From positions 1 to 35,176 of IMG/VR virus record IMGVR_UViG_3300009695_000002: DNA of 35,176 nucleotides. One strand, written 5' to 3'. The position numbers were made by a program, and so were the translations under genes. Positions within the stretch are counted from its first letter, which is position 1. Each line of letters starts with the position of its first letter. The notes below the pieces were generated by a model. The model was given only the letters and a program-made list of their open reading frames with translations. It did not search any database and was not told the DNA's origin. Source of the DNA: a virus. Positions 31,727 to 35,176 of the stretch are shown here, in pieces.

Positions 31727-32725
31727 ATGCTGCTCACAGACTGCGAAATACATCGATTAACCGGTTATAAAGGCAAAAAGCTGCAAAGCGAATGGCTTAC
31801 GCGTAACGCAATACCTTTTTATGTCCGAGCCGACGGCAAGCCAATGGTGCTGTCTTCTCATCTGGATTCTTGCAGCAAGCCACAAACGATAGCAACAACC
31901 CTCACGATGGGAGACCTATTTGATAAATACATGCTAGAGATAGCACCGCTTAAATCTAAGTGCTCATTTAAAAACAACGTAAAAGAGATAGCAACTTTAC
32001 GGAAAGCATTCGGGGCAGCAGAGCCAAAAGCTATCCGCGCCGTAGACATTTACAAGTTTATAGATGCAAGGGGGGAAAAGACGCCGGTTGCTGCTAACCG
32101 AGAAAAAGCCTTACTATCGCACGTATTTAGCAAGGCAATACGCTGGGGCATTGTCACAACAAACCCGTGCAAGGAAGTTTGTTGCTTGCCAGAGCAAAAA
32201 CGGAATCGCTATGTAACCGATGATGAGTTCCAGGCAGTGAGGGCTTTCGCGAGCCCACTCCTTTGTAATTTCATGGATTTTGCTTATCTAACAGGTCTTC
32301 GAAAAAGCGACGCCTTAAAGGTGCGCTTAGTAGATATCCAGCCAAACGGCATCCATATTAATGTTAACAAAACCGGAAATCAACTTATTATAGAGTGCAA
32401 TCCGGAGCTAAGGCGCTGCATTGCCCGAATAAAGGCTATATCTGCACCGCTAAATAGCCCCTGGTTGTTTTGTAACCGAAAGGGTCAAGCGTACACCGCA
32501 GACGGTTTTAGCACTCTGTGGCAACGCATGGTAAAAAAAGCATTGGGTCTAGGCATTATTGAAGAGTCCTTTAGAATTCATGATCTTCGCCGCAAGACAG
32601 CCAGCGATGCGCCGAATATCGAGCATGCAAGGCGCTTATTAAGCCATTCTACGCAGTCTACGACGGCAGGCTATATCAGTGGGCCGCAATCGGTTCAGCC
32701 GTTAAATAGCAGTTTTTGCATGTAA
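31727..32725 (+). CDS. int: Tyrosine integrase with a fused DUF4224-like N-terminal segment
   Basis: The N-terminus LLTDCEIHRLTGYKGKKLQSEWLTRNAIPFYVRADGKPMV matches the DUF4224 pattern. The C-terminal catalytic motifs are LTGLRKSD, HDLRRKTASD and LLSHSTQSTTAGY (R...H.xR...Y). Confidence 0.9.
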   Translation: MLLTDCEIHRLTGYKGKKLQSEWLTRNAIPFYVRADGKPMVLSSHLDSCSKPQTIATTLTMGDLFDKYMLEIAPLKSKCSFKNNVKEIATLRKAFGAAEPKAIRAVDIYKFIDARGEKTPVAANREKALLSHVFSKAIRWGIVTTNPCKEVCCLPEQKRNRYVTDDEFQAVRAFASPLLCNFMDFAYLTGLRKSDALKVRLVDIQPNGIHINVNKTGNQLIIECNPELRRCIARIKAISAPLNSPWLFCNRKGQAYTADGFSTLWQRMVKKALGLGIIEESFRIHDLRRKTASDAPNIEHARRLLSHSTQSTTAGYISGPQSVQPLNSSFCM

Positions 32726-32739
32726 ATAGGGGTTTTTGA

Positions 32740-32769
32740 GGGAAAATAAGGGAAAATAATGGAAATTTA
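32740..32769. repeat. Three tandem 10-bp units just downstream of int (possible arm-type Int or accessory binding sites)
   Basis: GGGAAAATAA (32740), GGGAAAATAA (32750) and TGGAAATTTA (32760). They are flanked by imperfect inverted copies of AAATA(A)GGGGTTT at about 32723-32737 and 32807-32820. Confidence 0.5.
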
Positions 32770-32822
32770 AGGTTTTTTCAAAACTTCAAGAGATGCCAAA
32801 TTGCTGAAACCCCTTATTTTAC

Positions 32823-32898
32823 TGGAGCTGACTGTCGGATTTGAACCGACGACCTGCTGATTACAAATCAGCAGGTCTATCAGCTTAGCTGAGCCGGC
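32823..32898 (-). tRNA. 76-nt tRNA-Thr(UGU)-like element with an intact 3' half and a degenerate 5' half. It is a probable attP core or tRNA remnant, not a functional tRNA.
   Basis: The minus strand reads GCCGGCTCAGCTAAGCTGATAGACCTGCTGATTTGTAATCAGCAGGTCGTCGGTTCAAATCCGACAGTCAGCTCCA. The anticodon arm, variable loop, T arm (GGTTCAAATCC) and CCA are perfect. Position 3:70 is C-A, 11:24 is C-C, 13:22 is A-G, and C8 and A19 replace U8 and G19. The 3' end faces int. Confidence 0.5.
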
Positions 32899-33196
32899 CT
32901 AAGGCCTTTTTCTGCCTAGGATTCTAACAATATTGAGCATTTCACTCAATTTAAGCCCGAAAAAACAATTTTAACCGTTATTGCTGGATTAAAATCTTGT
33001 AAGCGATAGTGGATTTTTTGCGTGCGTGAATAACCAAAACAACCAAGAATAACGCCCTTATTTTCAGGGCGTTAACATCATAAGACTAACATAAAGTAAC
33101 TCTTTTCGCCTTGTTGCAGCAAGGACTGCTCATACGTTGCGCATAACCAGCTCAGATAAGATAACAAAAATAAACTTATATGTGAAATACAATTGG

Positions 33197-33226
33197 TATT
33201 GACAATACACACCCGGTAGATATACT
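33197..33226 (+). promoter_or_regulatory. Near-consensus promoter (TTGACA-16-TATACT) of the recombination operon, with the same palindromic operator TATTGACAATA over the -35
   Basis: TTGACA lies at 33199-33204 and TATACT at 33221-33226. The palindrome spans 33197-33207, extended to GTATTGACAATAC at 33196-33208. It is 73 nt upstream of the first ORF. Confidence 0.6.
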
Positions 33227-33298
33227 AGTACTTAAAGTATGTCTTCTATTATACATACGTAAACGACTAATTTTAAGCTTTATAGCACAGGAGGCAAC

Positions 33299-33610
33299 AT
33301 GGACCGCAAAAGCTACTACCAACAAAATATTGAACTGTACGCCGTCGACAACTTTATCGATGTATTGGAATCTTGTAGCGCATCAAAGCTCTCAATTGCA
33401 AGAATGCGTGCAGTAGAAATGAAAGAGCCGCTAAACAACGATGCCACCATGGCATTCTGTCTTGCAAAGATTAATCTCAATAGCGCGCAAGATAAGTTTA
33501 AGCGAGCTGAAGAAGCGCTATTTAGCTCAATCGTCGAAGAACAATGGCCAAAGGTGCTAGAAGACGTAGCTGCAGCCAAAGCAACATTAAAAGGAGATAG
33601 CAATGATTAG
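33299..33610 (+). CDS. Hypothetical early protein, 103 aa
   Basis: AGGAGG lies upstream of the ATG. It is the first gene after the promoter. No motif recognised. Confidence 0.6.
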   Translation: MDRKSYYQQNIELYAVDNFIDVLESCSASKLSIARMRAVEMKEPLNNDATMAFCLAKINLNSAQDKFKRAEEALFSSIVEEQWPKVLEDVAAAKATLKGDSND

Positions 33611-33782
33611 CATGAATTATGACGGCGTCAGCAGAAAAGAACGTCTATCAGCGAAGATATCAAAGCACAGCAAGCGAAATGTTGCCGAAATCAGCCCCTA
33701 CTATTACTACTTAGAAAAGTTATTCGAAGACAAGCCATTGTCATTTTTAGATTTAGTCAAAGAATTTATAGGGGTGAGGTAA
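33603..33782 (+). CDS. Small ORF, 59 aa (below the track cut-off)
   Basis: AAGGAG lies 6 nt upstream of the ATG at 33603, which overlaps the upstream stop. The product is MISMNYDGVSRKERLSAKISKHSKRNVAEISPYYYYLEKLFEDKPLSFLDLVKEFIGVR. This ORF fills an otherwise empty 175-nt gap. Confidence 0.5.
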   Translation: MISMNYDGVSRKERLSAKISKHSKRNVAEISPYYYYLEKLFEDKPLSFLDLVKEFIGVR

Positions 33783-33784
33783 TC

Positions 33785-34096
33785 ATGAGTGAAACTGAAG
33801 ATTTGTTCGAAAAGATAAAGCGACACCAGTTTATTGACCATCATCTGCCAATAATTATAGATATAGTTAATGACAATAGAATAGGTAACTCAATGCTTGC
33901 CGATATTCTTCTTGAAAAGACCACAATTAATGACTGGCTTCTCAATGCAGACAAGAAGAAGCTTGATGCAATCTCAAGAGTGATTGCGTACAACATGATA
34001 GACGGGGAAAGTGATGAAGCATGTGCCGCATTCGTAATGAAAAAGCTTCGTTCAATCGCAAGAGATATCAAAGTAGAAGGGGAAACTGATGGATGA
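33785..34096 (+). CDS. Hypothetical early protein, 103 aa
   Basis: GAGG lies 5 nt upstream of the ATG. No motif recognised. Confidence 0.6.
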   Translation: MSETEDLFEKIKRHQFIDHHLPIIIDIVNDNRIGNSMLADILLEKTTINDWLLNADKKKLDAISRVIAYNMIDGESDEACAAFVMKKLRSIARDIKVEGETDG

Positions 34097-34424
34097 CGAC
34101 CATCTGCTCGCATATGATAGCACTTGCGCATTTGGTGCAGATCTTAAAGCCATTTCTAGAAAGATTGAGCACTCAGTTAAGCATGAATTATCAAAAAGGT
34201 ATGACTGGCTTTTTAGCCCGCACCTTAACCCGAACTTCAACTTTTTAAGAGATAGAATATTATTGATAGTTGCAGAAAATATTTTAGACAGGCTGTCAGA
34301 CGGGGACGGAGAAAAGGTTAGGCGTAACGCAGCCAGGATACTAAGCATGCTGACTAACATTGCGATTGAAAGCCACAAAAAGGGCATTGAAAAAAGTAAA
34401 TTCTGGGAGAAGTCCAGTGGATGA
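34089..34424 (+). CDS. Hypothetical early protein, 111 aa
   Basis: The start overlaps the upstream stop (GATGGATGA). The product starts MDDDHLLAYD.... No motif recognised. Confidence 0.6.
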   Translation: MDDDHLLAYDSTCAFGADLKAISRKIEHSVKHELSKRYDWLFSPHLNPNFNFLRDRILLIVAENILDRLSDGDGEKVRRNAARILSMLTNIAIESHKKGIEKSKFWEKSSG

Positions 34425-34498
34425 TGACTACCAGCTATACGCATACGAGATTGAGCTAAGCAAGCAATGGGCCGAAGAACAAACTGAAGGAGAATACT

Positions 34499-35176
34499 AT
34501 GAATACGAGCGATACCATCACAGAGTTAACAAAAGCGATAACTGCTATGCGCACACAGCTACATCCTGTGCAAAAAAGTGGCCGCAATGATTTTCACAGG
34601 TATAGCTATGCAAAGCTTGAAGATTACATTGCAACAATATCGCCAGCGCTAATTGAAAACAAACTATCAATTGTCACGTCGGTTGCAGAAGTCACTATGC
34701 TCGCACCAAGACCGTCAAAAGGCGATAAAATGGAGAATGTAGCGCTTGTTAAAATCGCCATGCGGCTAATACACACCAGCGGTGAATGGCTTGAAGTAGA
34801 GTCTTTTGGCGAAGGACAAGACCCCGCGGACAAGAGTATATACAAAGCTATAACGGGCGCTAGGAAGTACGGCATAGCATCAATGCTGGGGCTTGCAACA
34901 ACTGATGATCCAGAAGCCGGCGGCGCGTCTATTACCCACCATCCGCTCAAGAAAAATCCAGCATACCCGCAACATGACAAGCAGCCAATGCCACCGCCAC
35001 GATTGATTAATAGCGCTAACAACACCAAGCCGCTAGCTGAGTACGTTGAGATGATAGATGGCTGCAAAACCATCGATGAGCTGAAAAATGTCTACAAAGA
35101 CATATACAAATATGTGCAACTGTCCGGTGATAAAGCTTTATTGCAAGGCTTAAACGCCGCAAAAGAAAATAGAAAA
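34499..35176 (+). CDS. erf: ERF-family single-strand annealing recombinase. The ORF has no stop in the window and continues through the junction to stop at 151-153 (235 aa in total).
   Basis: AAGGAG lies 6 nt upstream of the ATG at 34499. The translation MNTSDTITELTKAITAMRTQLHPVQKSGRNDFHRYSYAKLEDYI...GEGQDPADKSIYKAITGARKYGIASMLGLATTDD matches the P22 Erf pattern (F.Y.s.edI and SYARKY..glfGi.D). This ORF is missing from the supplied track because it runs off the window end. Confidence 0.85.
   Translation, partial: MNTSDTITELTKAITAMRTQLHPVQKSGRNDFHRYSYAKLEDYIATISPALIENKLSIVTSVAEVTMLAPRPSKGDKMENVALVKIAMRLIHTSGEWLEVESFGEGQDPADKSIYKAITGARKYGIASMLGLATTDDPEAGGASITHHPLKKNPAYPQHDKQPMPPPRLINSANNTKPLAEYVEMIDGCKTIDELKNVYKDIYKYVQLSGDKALLQGLNAAKENRK
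35054..35176. repeat. Terminal direct repeat, copy 2 (identical to 1..123)
   Basis: Same 123-nt string as the window start. Confidence 0.95.

Noticed and set aside
32823-32898. Calling the element a functional phage-encoded tRNA-Thr
   Set aside because: C8 and A19 replace universally conserved U8 and G19. Two of four D-stem pairs and one acceptor pair are mismatched. Its adjacency and orientation relative to int fit an att core better. It is kept as a low-confidence tRNA-like feature.
34360-34590. 76-aa plus-strand ORF, or its GTG-initiated 57-codon version from 34417, overlapping the erf start
   Set aside because: The upstream part is inside gene 34089..34424 in another frame, and the downstream 92 nt overlap erf. 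Only the VDDDYQLYAYE start context is suggestive. It is not reported as a feature and is mentioned under the early-operon finding.
34624-35073. 149-aa minus-strand ORF in the supplied track
   Set aside because: It is antisense to the ERF-family gene, which has a strong SD and clear family motifs. The product is Ser/Gly/Ile-rich with no SD. It appears in the track only because erf itself runs off the window end.

Overview
The window is a complete, circularly closed temperate phage genome. Nt 1-123 are identical to nt 35054-35176, giving a unit length of 35,053 bp, and no host flanks are visible.

Architecture:
- **Minus-strand gene train (about 30.5 kb down to 1.6 kb).** It runs from a Cro-like HTH gene through three small membrane proteins and lambda O-like and P-like replication genes. 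Next come six tandem orphan paralogs, a DUF1064 nuclease, a small HTH regulator and a family of small genes starting MSE(I/L)E.
- **Early/late boundary.** An intrinsic terminator at 22851-22877 is followed by a repeat-rich putative late promoter.
- **Late genes.** These are a 1183-aa tail fibre with a C-terminal S74 chaperone domain, then terS, terL, portal, scaffold and a P22-like coat. They continue with gp4-like and gp10-like tail hub genes, three ejection-like proteins, a second tail fibre with a collar domain, and a lysis cassette with a GH108 endolysin.
- **Plus strand.** It carries a lambda-CI-like repressor, a terminator, a tyrosine integrase with a DUF4224-like N-terminus and a 76-nt tRNA-Thr-like element (probable attP). 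A near-consensus promoter then drives four small orphan genes, erf, a Gp157-like gene and ssb. This operon wraps across the window ends.

No CRISPR array, rRNA, transposase, reverse transcriptase or recognisable defence enzyme is present.

Most notable observations:
- Exact gene-junction cassettes are repeated between strongly diverged tandem paralogs (25.0-28.0 kb).
- The same 11-bp palindromic operator sits on the -35 of two early promoters 2.6 kb apart.
- 19-bp-periodic G-rich boxes lie upstream of the late operon.
- The tRNA-like att element is full length but has a decayed 5' half.
- There are two separate receptor-binding fibres.
- An ejection-like protein contains a 5 x 75-bp coding tandem repeat.

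All functional calls come from motifs read by eye in the translations plus synteny. No database search was run.
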